From the NCBI RefSeq assembly GCF_036365525.1, contig NC_090399.1, positions 50,686,430 to 50,750,429 of the forward strand: 64,000 bases of DNA, read 5' to 3'. Origin of the DNA: Heterodontus francisci. Taxonomy: Eukaryota. Position 1 is the stretch's first letter, and every line of letters starts with the position of its first letter. The translations under genes were made by a program, and so were the position numbers. Shown piece by piece: positions 12,901 to 30,900 of the stretch. The notes under the pieces were generated by a model. That model ran no database searches. It had not been told where the DNA came from and saw only the letters and a program-made list of their open reading frames with translations.

Positions 12901-15900
12901 CCCACTTACAATCTCAAACACACACCACCCGATCCCACTGACAATCTCAAACACACACCACCCGATCCCACTGACAATCTCAAACACACACCACCCGATC
13001 CCACTGACAATGCCCAACTCACACCACCCGATCACACTGACAATCTCCAACACACACCGCCCGATCCCACTGACAATCTCCAACACACACCGCCCGATCC
13101 CACTGACAATCCCCAACTCACACCACCCGATCCCACTGACAATCTCAGACACACATCACCCGATCACACTGACAATCCTCAACTCACACCACCCGATCCC
13201 ACTGACAATCCCCAACTCACACCACCCGATCCCACTGACAATCTCCAACACACACCGCCCGATCCCACTGACAATCTCCAACTCACATCACCCGATCCCA
13301 CTGACAAACCCCAACTCACACCACCCGATCCCACTGACAATCCTCAACTCACACCACCCGATCCCACTGACAATCTCCAACACACACCGCCCGATCCCAC
13401 TGACAATCCTCAACTCACACCACCCGATCCCACTGACAATCCCCAACTCACACCACCCGATCCCACTGACAATCACCAACTCACACCACCCGATCCCACT
13501 GACTATCCCCAACTCACACCACCCGATCCCACTGACAATCCCCAACTCACACCACCTGATCCCACTGACAATCACCAACTCACACCACCCGATCCCACTG
13601 ACAATCACCAACTCACACCACCCGATCCCACCGACAATCACCAACTCACGCAACCCGATCCCACAGACAATCTCAAACACACACCACCCGATCCCACTGA
13701 CAATCCCCAACTCACACCACCCGATCCCACTGACAATCCCCAACACACACCACCCGATCCCACTGACAATCTCAGACACACATCACCCGATCCCACTGAC
13801 TATCCCCAACTCACACCACCCGATCCCACCGACAATCACCAACTCACACCACCCGATCCCACTGACAATCCCCAACTCACACCACCCGATCCCACTGACA
13901 ATCCCCAACTCACACCACCCGATCCCACCGACAATCACCAACTGACGCAACCCGATCCCACAGACAATCTCAAACACACACCACCCGATCCCACTGACAA
14001 TCCCCAACTCCCACCACCCGATCCCACTGACAATCCTCAACTCACACAATCCGATCCAACTGACAATCCTCAACTCACACCACCCGATCCCACTGACAAT
14101 CCCCAACTCACACCACCCGATCCCACTGACAATCCCCAACTCACACCACCCGATCCCACTGACAATCCTCAACTCACACAATCCGATCCAACTGACAATC
14201 CCCAAATCACACCACCCGATCCCACTGACAATCCTCAACTCACACCACCCGATCACACTGACAATCCCCAACTCACATCACCCGATCCCACTGACAATCC
14301 CCAACTCACACCACCCGATCCCACTGACAATCTCCAACTCACACCACCCGATCCCACCGACAATCACCAACTCACGCAACCCGATCCCACAGACAATCTC
14401 AAACACACACCACCCGATCCCACTGACAATCCCCAACTCACACCACCCGATCCCACTGACAATCCCCAACTCACATCACCCGATCCCACTGACAATCCCC
14501 AACTCACACCACCCGATCCCACTGACAATCTCCAACTCACACCACCCGATCCCACCGACAATCACCAACTCACGCAACCCGATCCCACAGACAATCTCAA
14601 ACACACACCACCCGATCCCACTGACAATCCCCAACTCACACCACCCGATCCCACTGACAATCCCCAAATCACACCACCCGATCCCACTGACAATCCTCAA
14701 CTCACACAATCCGATCCAACTGACAATCCTCAACTCACACCACCCGATCACACTGACAATCCCCAAATCACACCACCCGATCCCACTGACAATCCTCAAC
14801 TCACACCACCCGATCACACTGACAATCCCCAACTCACATCACCCGATCCCACTGACAATCCCCAACTCACACCACCCGATCCCACTGACAATCCCCAACT
14901 CACACCACCCGATCCCACTGACAATCCCCAACTCACACCACCCGATCCCACTGACAATCCCCAACTCACACCACCCGATCCCACTGACAATCTCAGACAC
15001 ACATCACCCGATCACACTGACAATCCTCAACTCACACCACCCGATCCCACTGACAATCCTCAACTCACACCACCCGATCCCACTGACAATCCTCAACTCA
15101 CACCACCCGATCCCACTGACAATCTCAGACACACATCACCCGATCACACTGACAATCCTCAACTCACACCACCCGATCCCACTGACAATCCCCAACTCAC
15201 ACCACCCGATCCAACTGACAATCCTCAACTCACACAACCCGATCCCACTGACAATCCTCAACTCACACCACACGATCCCACTGACAATCCCCAACTCACA
15301 CCACCCGATCCCACTGACAATCCCCAACTCACACAATCCGATCCAACTGACAATCCCCAACTCACACCACCCGATCCCACTGACAATCCTCAACTCACAC
15401 CACCCGATCCCACTGACAATCACCAACACACACCACCCGATCCCACTGACAATCCCCAAATCACACCACCCGATTCCACTGACAATCCCCAACTCACACG
15501 ACCCGATCCCACTGACAATCCCCAACTCACACCACCCCATCCCACTGACAATCCTCAACTCACACCACCCGATCCCACTGACAATCCTCAACTCACAGCA
15601 CCCGATCCCACTGACAATCCTCAACTCACACCACCCGATCCCACTGACAATCACCAACACACACCACCCGATCCCACTGACAATCCCCAAATCACACCAC
15701 CCGATCCCACTGACAATCCCCAACACACACCACCAGATCCCACTGACAATCCCCAACTCACACCACCCGATCCCACTGACAATCACCAACTCACACCACC
15801 CGATCCCACTGACAATCACCAACTCACACCACCCGATCCCACTGACAATCCCCAACTCTCACAATCCGATCCCACTGACAATCCCCAACTCACATCACCC

Positions 15901-18900
15901 GATCCCACTGACAATCCCCAACTCACATCACCCGATCCCACTGACAATCCCCAACTCACACCACCCGATCCCACTGACAATCTCCAACTCACACAATCCG
16001 ATCCCACTGACAATCCCCAACTCACACCACCCGATCCCACTGACAATCCCCAACTCACACCACCCGATCCCACTGACAATCTCCAACTCACACCACCCGA
16101 TCCCACTGACAATCCCCAACTCACATCACCGATCCAACTGACAATCCCCAACTCACACCACCCGATCCCACTGATAATCCCCAACTCACACCACCCGATC
16201 CCACTGACAATCCCCAACTCACATCACCCGATCCCACTGACAATCTCCAACTCACACCACCCGATCCCACTGACAATCTCCAACTCACACCACCCGATCC
16301 CACTGACAATCCCCAACTCACATCACCCGATCCCACTGACAATCCCCAACTCACACCACCCGATCCCACTGACAATCCCCAACTCACAGCACCCGATCCC
16401 ACTGACAATCCCCAACTCACACCACCCGATCCCACTGACAATCTCCAACTCACACCACCCGATCCCACTGACAATCCCCAACTCACACCACCCGATCCAA
16501 CTGACAATCCTCAACTCACATCACCCGATCCCACTGACAATCCCCAACTCACACCACCCGATCCCACTGACAATCCCCAACTCACACCACCCGATCCAAC
16601 TGACAATCCTCAACTCACATCACCCGATCCAACTGACAATCCCCAACTCACATCACCCGATCCAACTGACAATCCTCAACTCACATCACCCGATCCCACT
16701 GACAATCCCCAACTCACATCACCCGATCCAACTGACAATCCTCAACTCACATCACCCGATCCCACTGACAATCCCCAACTCACATCACCCGATCCCACTG
16801 ACAATCCCCAACTCACATCACCCGATCCAACTGACAATCCTCAACTCACATCACCCGATCCAACTGACAATCCCCAACTCACATCACCCGATCCCACTGA
16901 CAATCCCCAACTCACATCACCCGATCCAACTGACAATCCTCAACTCACATCACCCGATCCCACTGACAATCCCCAACTCACACAATCCGATCCAACTGAC
17001 AATCCCCAACTCACACCACCCGATCCCACTGACAATCCCCAACTCACACAATCCGATCCAACTGACAATCCCCAACTCACACCACCCGATCCAACTGACA
17101 ATCCCCAACTCACACCACCCGATCCCACTGACAATCCCCAACTCACACCACCAGATCCCACTGACAATCCCCAAATCACACCACACGATCCCACTGACAA
17201 TCCCCAACTCACACCACCCGATCCCACTGACAATCCCCAACTCACACCACCCGATCCCACTGACAATCCCCAACACACACCACCCGATCCCACTGACAAT
17301 CCCCAACTCACACCACCCGATCCCACTGACAATCCCCAACTCACACCACCCGATCCCACTGACAATCCCCAACTCACACCACCCGATCCCACTGACAATC
17401 CCCAACTCACACAACCCGATCCCACTGACAATCCCCAAATCACACCACACGATCCCACTGACAATCCCCAACTCACACAATCCGATCCAACTGACAATCC
17501 CCAACTCACACCACCCGATCCCACTGACAATCCCCAACTCACACCACCCGATCCCACTGACAATCCCCAACTCACACCACCCGATCCCACTGACAATCCC
17601 CAACTCACACAACCCGATCCCACTGACAATCCCCAAATCACACCACACGATCCCACTGACAATCCCCAACTCACACAATCCGATCCCACTGACAATCCCC
17701 AACTCACACCACCAGATCCCACTGACAATCCCCAACTCACACAATCCGATCCAACTGACAATCCCCAACTCACACCACCAGATCCCACTGACAATCCCCA
17801 AATCACACCACCCGATCCCACTGACAATCCTCAACTCACACCACCCGATCACACTGACAATCCCCAACTCACACAACCCGATCCCACTGACAATCCCCAA
17901 CTCACACCACCCGATCCCACTGAGTATTCCCAACTCACACCACCCGATCCCACTGACAATCCCCAACTCACACCACCCGATCCCACTGACAATCCCCAAC
18001 TCACACAACCCGATCCCACTGACAATCCCCAAATCACACCACACGATCCAACTGACAATCCCCAACTCACACCACCAGATCCCACTGACAATCCCCAAAT
18101 CACACCACCCGATCCAACTGACAATCCCCAAATCACACCACCCGATCCCACTGACAATCCCCAACTCACACCACCCGATCCCACTGACAATCCCCAAATC
18201 ACACCACACGATCCAACTGACAATCCCCAACTCACACCACCAGATCCCACTGACAATCCCCAAATCACACAACCCGATCCAACTGACAATCCCCAAACCA
18301 CACCACCCGATCCCACTGACAATCCTCAACTCACACCACCCGATCACACTGACAATCCCCAACTCACACAATCCGATCCAACTGACAATCCCCAACTCAC
18401 ACCACCCGATCCCACTGAGTATTCCCAACTCACACCACCCGATCCCACTGACAATCCCCAACTCACACCACCTGATCCCACTGACAATCCCCAACTCACA
18501 CCACCCGATCCCACTGACAATCCACAAATCACACCACCCGATCCCACAAACAATCCCCAACTCACACCACCCGATCCCACTGACAATCCCCAAATCACAC
18601 CACACGATCCAACTGACAATCCTCAACTCACACATCCCGATCCAACTGACAATCCCCAACTCACACAATCCGATCCAACTGACAATCCTCAACTCACACC
18701 AGCCGATCCCACTGACAATCCCCAACTCACACCACCCGATCCCACTGACAATCCCCAACTCACACAATCCGATCCAACTGACAATCCTCAACTCACACCA
18801 GCCGATCCCACAGACAATCCCCAACTCACACCACCCGATCCCACTGACAATCCCCAACTCACACCACCCGATCCCACTAACAATCCTCAACTCACACCAC

Positions 18901-21900
18901 CCGATCCCACTGACAATCCCCAACTCACACCACCCGATCCCACTGACAATCCCCAACTCACACAATCCGATCCAACTGACAATCCCCAACTCACACCACC
19001 CGATCCCACTGACAATCCCCAACTCACACAATCCGATCCAACTGACAATCCCCAACTCACACCACCCGATCCCACTGACAATCCCCAACTCACACCACCC
19101 GATCCCACTGACAATCCCCAACTCACACCACCCGATCCCACTAACAATCCTCAACTCACACCACCCGATCCCACTGACAATCCCCAACTCACACCACCCG
19201 ATCCCACTGACAATCCCCAACTCACACAATCCGATCCAACTGACAATCCCCAACTCACACCACCCGATCCCACTGACAATCCCCAACTCACACCACCCGA
19301 TCCCACTGACAATCCCCAACTCACACCACCCGATCCCACTGACAATCCTCAACTCACATCACCCGATCCCACTGACAATCCCCAACTCACACCACCCGAT
19401 CCCACTGACAATCTAAAACACACATCACCCGATCCCACTGACAATCCCCAACTGACACCGCCAGTTCCCACTGACAATCCCCAACTCACATCACCCGATC
19501 CCACTGACAATCCCCAACACACACCACCCGATCCCACTGAAAATCCGCAACACACACCACCCGATCCCACTCAAAATTCCCAACACACACCACCCGATCC
19601 CACTGACAATCCCCAACTGACACCACCAGATCCCACTGACAATCCCCAACTCACACCACCCGATCCCACAGACAATCTCAAACACACATCACCCGAACCC
19701 ACTGACAATCCCCAACTCACACCACCCGATCCCACTGACAATCCCCAACTGACACCGCCAGGTCCCACTGACAATCCCCAGCACACACCACCCGATCCCA
19801 CTGACAATCACCAACACACTCCGCCAGATCCCACTGACAATCCCCAGCACACACCACCCGATCCCACTGACAATCCCCAACTGACACCGCCAGGTCCCAC
19901 TGACAATCTCCAACTCACACCACCCGATCCCACTGACAATCCCCAACTCACACCACCCGATCCCACTGACAATCTCAAACACACATCACCCGATCCCACT
20001 GACAATCCCCAACACACACCACCCAATCCCACTGACAATCCACAACTCTCACCACCTGATCCCACTGACAATCCCCAACTCACACCACCCTATCCCACTG
20101 ACAATCCTCAACTCACACCACCCGATCCCACTGACAATCCCCAACTCACACCACCCGATCCCACTGACAATCCCCAACTCACACCACCCTATCCCACTGA
20201 CAATCCTCAACTCACACCACCCGATCCCACTGACAATCCTCAACTCACACCACCCGATCCCACTGACAATCCCCAACTCACACCTTCAGATCCCACTGAG
20301 TATTCCCAACTCACACCACCCGATCCCACTGACAGTCTAAAACACACATCACCCGATCCCACTGGCAATCCCAAACACACATCACCCGATCCCACTGACA
20401 ATCCCCAACTCACACCACCCGATCCCACTGACAATCCCCAACTCACACCACCCGGTCCCACTGACAATCCCCAACTCACACCATCCGGTCCCACTGACAA
20501 TCCCCAACACACACCACCCGATCCCACTGACAATCCCCAACTCACAGCACCCGATCCCACTGACAATCCCCAACTCACACCGCCCGATCCCACTGACAAT
20601 CCCCAACACACTCCGCCAGATCCCACTGACCATCCCCAACTCACAGCACCCGATCCCACTGACAATCCCCAACTCACACCGCCCGATCCCACTGACCATC
20701 CCCAACTCACACCACCCGATCCCACTGACCATCCCCAACACACACCACCCGATCCCACTGACAATCCGCAACACACACCACCCGATCCCACTGACAATCC
20801 CCAACTCACAGCACCCGATTCCACTGACAATCCCCAACTCACACCGCCCGATCCCACTGACCATCCCCAACTCACACCACCCGATCCCACTGACAATCTC
20901 CAACTCACACCGCCCGATCCCACTGACAATCACCAACTCACACCGCCCGATCCCACTGGCAATCCCAAACACACATCACCCGATCCCACTGACAATCCCC
21001 AACTCACATCACCCGATCCCACTGACAATCCCAAACACACACCGCCAGGTCCCACTGACAATCCCCAACTGACTCCACCAGATCCCACTGACAATCCCCA
21101 ACTCACACCACCCGATCCCACTGACAGTCCCCAACTCACACCACCTCATCCCACTGACAATCCCCATCACTCACCACCCGATCCCACTGACAATCACCAA
21201 CGCACACTGCAAGATCCCACTGACAATCCCCAACACACACCACACGATCCCACTGACAATCCCCAACACACACCACCCGATCCCACTGACAATCCCCAAC
21301 TCACACCACCCGATCCCACTGACAATCTCAAACACACATCACCCGATCCCACTGACAATCCCCAACTCACACCACCTGATCCCACTGACAATCCCCAACT
21401 CACACCACCCGATCCCACTGACAATCCCCAACTCACAGCACCCGATCCCACTGACAATCCCCAACTCACATCACCCGATCCCACTGACAATCCCCAACTC
21501 ACACATCCCGATCCCACTGACAATCCCCAACTCACACCACCCGATCCCACTGACAATCCCCAACTCACACCACCCGATCCCACTGACAATCCCCAACTCA
21601 CACCACCCTATCCCACTGACAATCCCCAACTCACACCACCCTATCCCACTGACAATCCTCAACTCACACCACCCGATCCCACTGACAATCCCCAACTCAC
21701 ACCTTCAGATCCCACTGAGTATTCCCAACTCACACCACCCGATCCCACTGACAGTCTAAAACACACATCACTCGATCCCACTGACAATCCCCAACTCACA
21801 CCACCCGATCCCACTGGCAATCCCAAACACACATCACCCGATCCCACTAACAATCCCCAACTCACATCACCCGATCCCACTGACAATCCCCAACACACAC

Positions 21901-24900
21901 CACCCGATCCCACTGACAATCCCCAACTGACACCACCAGGTCCCACTGACAATCCCCAACTCACACCACCCGAGCCCACTGACAATCCCAAACACACACC
22001 GCCAGGTCCCACTGACAATCCCCAACATACACCACCCGATCCCACTGACAATCCCCAACTCACACCGCCCGATCCCACTGACCATCCCCAACTCACACCA
22101 CCCGATCCCACTGACAATCCCCAACACACACCACCCGATCCCACTGACAATCCCCAACTCACAGCACCCGATCCCACTGACAATCCCCAACTCACACCGC
22201 CCGATCCCACTGACCATCCCCAACTCACACCACCCGATCCCACTGACAATCCCCAACTCACAGCACCCGATCCCACTGACAATCCCCAACTCACACCGCC
22301 CGATCCCACTGACCATCCCCAACTCACACCACCCGATCCCACTGGCAATCCCAAACACACATCACCCGATCCCACTAACAATCCCCAACTCACATCACCC
22401 GATCCCACTGACAATCCCCAACACACACCACCCGATCCCACTGACAATCCCCAACTGACACCACCAGGTCCCACTGACAATCCCCAACTCACACCACCCG
22501 AGCCCACTGACAATCCCAAACACACACCGCCAGGTCCCACTGACAATCCCCAACATACACCACCCGATCCCACTGACAATCCCCAACTCACACCGCCCGA
22601 TCCCACTGACCATCCCCAACTCACACCACCCGATCCCACTGACAATCCCCAACACACACCACCCGATCCCACTGACAATCCCCAACTCACAGCACCCGAT
22701 CCCACTGACAATCCCCAACTCACACCGCCCGATCCCACTGACCATCCCCAACTCACACCACCCGATCCCACTGACAATCCCCAACTCACACCACCCGATC
22801 CCACTGACAATCCCCAACACACACCACCCGATCCCACTGACAATCCTCAACTCACAGCACCCGATCCCACTGACAATCCCCAACTCACACCGCCCGATCC
22901 CACTGACCATCCCCAACTCACACCGCCCGATCCCACTGACCATCCCCAACTCACACCACCCGATCCCACTGACAATCCCCAACTCACACCACCCGATCCC
23001 ACTGACAATCCCCAACACACACCACCCGATCCCACTGACAATCCTCAACTCACAGCACCCGATCCCACTGACAATCCCCAACTCACACCGCCCGATCCCA
23101 CTGACCATCCCCAACTCACACCACCCGATCCCACTGACAATCCCCAACACACACCACCCGATCCCACTGACAATCCCCAACTCACAGCACCCGATCCCAC
23201 TGACAATCCCCAACTCACACCGCCCGATCCCACTGACCATCCCCAACTCACACCACCCGATCCCACTGACAATCCCCAACTCACACCACCCGATCCCACT
23301 GACAATCCCCAACACACACCACCCGATCCCACTGACAATCCTCAACTCACAGCACCCGATCCCACTGACAATCCCCAACTCACACCGCCCGATCCCACTG
23401 ACCATCCCCAACTCACACCGCCCGATCCCACTGACAATCCCCAACACACACTGCCAGATTCCACTGACAATCCCAACACACACCGCCAGATCCCACTTAC
23501 AATCCCAAACACATACCGCCAGGTCCCACTGACAATCACCAACTCACACATCCCGATCCCACTGACAATCCCCAACTCACATCACCCGATCCCACTGACA
23601 GTCCCCAACACACACCACCCGATCCTACTGACAATCTCCAACTCACACCGCCCGATCCCACTGACAATCACCAACTCACACCGCCCGATCCCACTGGCAA
23701 TCCCAAACACACATCACCCGATCCCACTGACAATCCCCAACTCACATCACCCGATCCCACTGACAATCCCCAACACACACCACCCGATCCCACTGACAAT
23801 CCCCAACTGACACCACCAGGTCCCACTGACAATCCCCAACTCACACCACCCGATCCCACTGACAGTCCCCAACTCACACCACCCGATCCCACTGACAATC
23901 ACCAACACACACCACCCGATCCCACTGACAATCCCCAACTGACACCACCAGGTCCCACTGACAATCCCCAACTCACACCACCCGATCCCACTGACAGTCC
24001 CCAACTCACACCACCCGATCCCACTGACAATCCCCAACTCACACCTTCAGATCCCACTGAGTATTCCCAACTCACACCACCCGATCCCACTGACAGTCTA
24101 AAACACACATCACTCGATCCCACTGACAATCCCCAACTCACACCACCCGATTCCACTGACAATCCCCAACTCACACCACCTGATCCCACTGACAATCCCC
24201 AACTCACACCACCAGGTCCCACTGACAATCCCCAACACACATCACCCGATCCCACTGACAATCTCAAACACACATCACCCGATCCCACTGACAATCTCAA
24301 ACACACACCACCCGATCCCACTGACAATCCCCAACTCACATCACCCGATCCCACTGACAATCCCCAACTCACACCACCCGATCCCACTGACAATCCCCAA
24401 CTCACACCACCCGATCCCACTGACAATCCCCAACTCACACCACCCGATCCCACTGACAATCCCCAACTCACACCACCCGATCCCACTGACAATCCCCAAC
24501 TCACACCACCCGATCCCACTGACAATCCCCAACTCACACCACCCTATCCCACTGACAATCCTCAACTCACACCACCCGATCCCACTGACAATCCCCAACT
24601 CACACCTTCAGATCCCACTGAGTATTCCCAACTCACACCACCCGATCCCACTGACAGTCTAAAACACACATCACTCGATCCCACTGACAATCCCCAACTC
24701 ACACCACCCGATTCCACTGACAATCCCCAACTCACACCACCCGATCCCACTGACAATCCCCAAATCACACCACCAGGTCCCACTGACAATCCCCAACACA
24801 CATCACCCGATCCCACTGACAATCCCAAACACACATCACCCGATCCCACTAACAATCCCCAACTCACACCACCAGGTCCCACTGACAATCCCCAACACAC

Positions 24901-27900
24901 ATCACTCGATCCCACTGACAATCCCAAACACACATCACCCGATCCCACTAACAATCCCCAACTCACATCACCCGATCCCACTGACAATCCCCAACACACA
25001 ACACCCGATCCCACTGACAATCCCCAACTGACACCACCAGGTCCCACTGACAATCCCCAACTCACACCACCCGAGCCCACTGACAATCCCAAACACACAC
25101 CGCCAGGTCCCACTGACAATCCCCAACATACACCACCCGATCCCACTGACAATCCCCAACTCACACCGCCCGATCCCACTGACCATCCCCAACTCACACC
25201 ACCCGATCCCACTGACAATCCCCAACACACACCACCCGATCCCACTGACAATCCCCAACTCACAGCACCCGATCCCACTGACAATCCCCAACTCACACCG
25301 CCCGATCCCACTGACAATCCCCAACACACACCGCCAGATCCCACTGACCATCCCCAACTCACACCACCCGATCCCACTGACAATCCCCAACTCACAGCAC
25401 CCGATCCCACTGTCAATCCCCAACTCACAGCACCCGATCCCACTGACAATCCCCAACTCACACCACCTGATCCCACTGACAATCCCCAACACACACCACT
25501 CGATCCCACTGACAATCCCCAACACACACCGCCCGATCCCACTGACAATCCCCAACTCACAGCACCCGATCCCACTGACAATCCCCAACTCACACCACCT
25601 GATCCCACTGACAATCCCCAACACACACCACCCGATCCCACTGACAATCCCCAACTCACAGCACCCGATCCCACTGACAATCCCCAACTCACACCACCTG
25701 ATCCCACTGACAATCCCCAACACACACCACCCGATCCCACTGACAATCCCCAACACACACCGCCCGATCCCACTGACAATCCCCAACTCACAGCACCCGA
25801 TCCCACTGACAATCCCCAACTCACACCACCTGATCCCACTGACAATCCCCAACACACACCACCCGATCCCACTGACAATCCCCAACACACACCGCCAGAT
25901 CCCACTGACAATCCCCAACACACACCACCCGATCCCACTGACAATCCCCAACTCACACCACCCGATCCCACTGACAATCTAAAACACACATCACCCGATC
26001 CCACTCAAAATTCCCAACACACACCACCCGATCCCACTGACAATCCCCAACTGACACCACCAGATCCCACTGACAATCCCCAACTCACACCACCCGATCC
26101 CACAGACAATCTCAAACACACATCACCCGAACCCACTGACAATCCCCAACTCACACCACCCGATCCCACTGACAATCCCCAACTGACACCGCCAGGTCCC
26201 ACTGACAATCCCCAGCACACACCACCCGATCCCACTGACAATCACCAACACACTCCACCAGATCCCACTGACAATCCCCAGCACACACCACCCGATCCCA
26301 CTGACAATCGCCAACTGACACCGCCAGATCCTACTGACAATCTCCAACTCACACCACCCGATCCCACTGACAATCGCCAACTGACACCACCAGATCCTAC
26401 TGACAATCTCCAACTCACACCACCCGATCCCACTGACAATCTCAAACACACACCACCCGATCCCACTGACAATCTCAAACACACATCACCCGATCCCACT
26501 GACAATCTCAAACACACACCACCCGATCCTACTGACAATCTCCAACTCACACCACCCGATCCCACTGACAATCTCAAACACACACCACCCGATCCCACTG
26601 ACAATCTCAAACACACATCACCCGATCCCACTGACAATCGCCAACTGACACCGCCAGATCCTACTGACAATCTCCAACTCACACCACCCGATCCCACTGA
26701 CAATCGCCAACTGACACCGCCAGATCCTACTGACAATCTCCAACTCACACCACCCGATCCCACTGACAATCGCCAACTGACACCACCAGATCCTACTGAC
26801 AATCTCCAACTCACACCACCCGATCCCACTGACAATCTCAAACACACATCACCCGATCCCACTGACAATCCACAACTCTCACCACCTGATCCCACTGACA
26901 ATCCCCAACTCACACCACCCGATCCCACTGACAATCCCCAACTCACACCACCCGATCCCACTGACAATCCTCAACTCACACCACCCGATCCCACTGACAA
27001 TCCCCAACTCACACCACCCGATCCCACTGACAATCCCCAACTCACACCACCCTATCCCACTGACAATCCTCAACTCACACCACCCGATCCCACTGACAAT
27101 CCCCAACTCACACCACCCTATCCCACTGACAATCCTCAACTCACACCACCCGATCCCACTGACAATCCCCAACTCACACCACCCGATCCCACTGACAATC
27201 CCCAACTCACACCACCCGATCCCACTGACAATCCCCAACTCACACCACCCTATCCCACTGACAATCCTCAACTCACACCACCCGATCCCACTGACAATCC
27301 TCAACTCACACCACCCGATCCCACTGACAGTCTAAAACACACATCACCCGATCCCACTGACAATCCCCAACTCACACCACCCGATTCCACTGACAATCCC
27401 CAACTCACACCACCCGATCCCACTGACAATCCCCAACTCACACCACCTGATCCCACTGACAGTCTAAAACACACATCACCCGATCCCACTGACAATCCCC
27501 AACTCACACCACCCGATCCCACTGACAATCCCCAACTCACTCCACCTGATCCCACTGACAGTCTAAAACACACATCACCCGATCCCACTGGCAATCCCAA
27601 ACACACATCACCCGATCCCACTAACAATCCCCAACTCACATCACCCGATCCCACTGACAATCCCCAACTGACACCACCAGGTCCCACTGACAATCCCCAA
27701 CTCACACCACCCGAGCCCACTGACAATCCCAAACACACACCGCCAGGTCCCACTGACAATCCCCAACATACACCACCCGATCCCACTGACAATCCCCAAC
27801 TCACACCGCCCGATCCCACTGACCATCCCCAACACACACCACCCGATCCCACTGACAATCCCCAACACACACCACCCGATCCCACTGACAATCCCCAACT

Positions 27901-30900
27901 CACAGCACCCGATCCCACTGACAATCCCCAACTCACACCGCCCGATCCCACTGACCATCCCCAACTCACACCACCCGATCCCACTGACAATCCCCAACAC
28001 ACACCACCCGATCCCACTGACAATCCCCAACTCACAGCACCCGATCCCACTGACAATCCCCAACTCACACCGCCCGATCCCACTGACCATCCCCAACTCA
28101 CACCACCCGATCCCACTGACAATCCCCAACTCACACCACCCGATCCCACTGACAATCTAAAACACACATCACCCGATCCCACTGACAATCCCCAACTCAC
28201 ACCACCCGATCCCACTCAAAATCCCCAACACACACCACCCGATCCCACTGACAATCCCCAACGGACACCGCCAGTTCCCACTGACAATCCCCAACTCACA
28301 TCACCCGATCCCACTCAAAATCCCCAACACACACCACCCGATCCCACTGACAATCCCAAACACACACCACCCGATCCCACTGACAATCCCCAACACACAC
28401 CACCCGATCCCACTCAAAATCCCCAACACACACCACCCGATCCCACTGACAATCCCCAACTGACACCGCCAGATCCCACTGACAATCCCCAGCACACACC
28501 ACCCGATCCCACTGACAATCCCCAACTGACACCACCCGATCCCACTGACAATCCACAACTGACACCGCCAGATCCTACTGACAATCCCCAACTCACACCA
28601 CCCGATCCCACTGACAATCTCCAACTCACACCACCCGATCCCACTGACAATCGCCAACTGACACCACCCGATCCCACTGACAATCGCCAATTCACACCAC
28701 CCGATCCCCCTGACAATCCCCAACTCTCACATCCCGATCCCACTGACAATCACCAACTCACATCACCCGATCCCACTGTCAGTCCCCAACACACACCACC
28801 CGATCCCACTGACAATCCCCAACTCACATCACCCGATCCCACTGACAATCACCAACACACACCACCCGATGCTACTGACAATCCCCAACACAGACCGCCA
28901 GATCCCACTGACAGTCCCCAACTCACATCATCCGATCCCACTGACAATCCCCAACTCACATCACCCGATCCCACTGACAATCCCCAACTCACATCACCCG
29001 ATCCCACTGACCGTCCCCAACACACACCATCCGATCCCACCGACAATCCCCAACACACACCACCCGATCCCACCGACAATCCCAAACACACACCGCCAGG
29101 TCCCACTGACAATCCCCAACACACAGCACCCGATCCCACTGACAATCACCAACACACACCACCCGATGCTACTGACAATCCCCAACACAGACCGCCAGAT
29201 CCCACTGACAATCCCCAGCACACACCACCCGATCCCACTGACAATCCCCAACTGACACCGCCAGATCCCACTGACAATCGCCAACTGACACCACCCGATC
29301 CCACTGACAATCGCCAATTCACACCACCCGATCCCCCTGACAATCCCCAACTCTCACATCCCGATCCCACTGACAATCACCAACTCACATCACCCGATCC
29401 CACTGGCAGTCCCCAAAACACACCACCCGATCCCACTGACAATCCCCAACTCACACAACCCAATCCCACTGACAATCCCCAACTCTCACCGCCCGATCCC
29501 ACTGACAATCACCAACTCACATCACCCGATCCCACTGGCAGTCCCCAAAACACACCACCCGATCCCACTGACAATCACCAACACACACAACCCGATCCCA
29601 CTGACAATCCCCAACTCTCACCGCCAGATCCCACTGACAATCCCCAACATACAGCACCCGATCCCACTGACAATCCCCAACTCACACCACCCGATCCCAC
29701 TGACAATCCCCAACACAGACCGCCAGATCCCACTGACAATCCCCAACTCACATCACCCGATCCCACTGACAATCCCCAACTCACATCACCCGATCTCACT
29801 GACAATCCCCAACACACCCCACCCGATCCCACTGAAAATCCGCAACACACACCACCCGATCCCACTCAAAATTCCCAACACACACCACCCGATCCCACTG
29901 ACAATCCCCAACTCACACCACCCGATCCCACTGACAATCCCCAACTGACACCACCCGATCCCACTGACAATCCCCAACTGACACCGCCAGGTCCCACTGA
30001 CAATCCCCAACTCACACCACCCGATCCCACTGACAATCCCCAACTCACACCTTCAGATCCCACTGACAATCCCCAACTCACACCACCCGATCCCACTGAC
30101 AATCCCCAACTGACACCACCCGATCCCACTGACAATCCCCAACTGACACCGCCAGGTCCCACTGACAATCCCCAACTCACACCACCCGATCCCACTGACA
30201 ATCCCCAACTCACACCACCCGATCCCACTGACAATCCCCAACTGACACCACCCGATCCCACTGACAATCCCCAACTGACACCGCCAGGTCCCACTGACAA
30301 TCCCCAACTCACACCACCCGATCCCACTGACAATCCCCAACTCACACCTTCAGATCCCACTGACAATCCCCAACTGACACCGCCAGGTCCCACTGACAAT
30401 CCCCAACTCACACCACCCGATCCCACTGACAATCCCCAACTCACACCACCCGATCCCACTGACAATCCCCAACTGACACCGCCAGGTCCCACTGACAATC
30501 CCCAACTCACACCACCCGATCCCACTGACAATCTCAAACACACATCACCCGAACCCACTGACAATCCCCAACTCACACCACCCGATCCCACTGACAATCC
30601 CCAACTCACACCACCCGATCCAACTGACAATCTCAAACACACATCACCCGATCCCACTGACAATCTCAAACACACATCACCCGAACCCACTGACAATCCC
30701 CAACTCACACCACCCGATCCCACTGACAATCCCCAACTGACACCGCCAGGTCCCACTGACAATCACCAACACACTCCGCCAGATCCCACTGACAATCCCC
30801 AGCACACACCACCCGATCCCACTGACAATCTCCAACTCACACCACCCGATCCCACTGACAATCCCCAACTCACACCACCCGATCCCACTGACAATCGCCA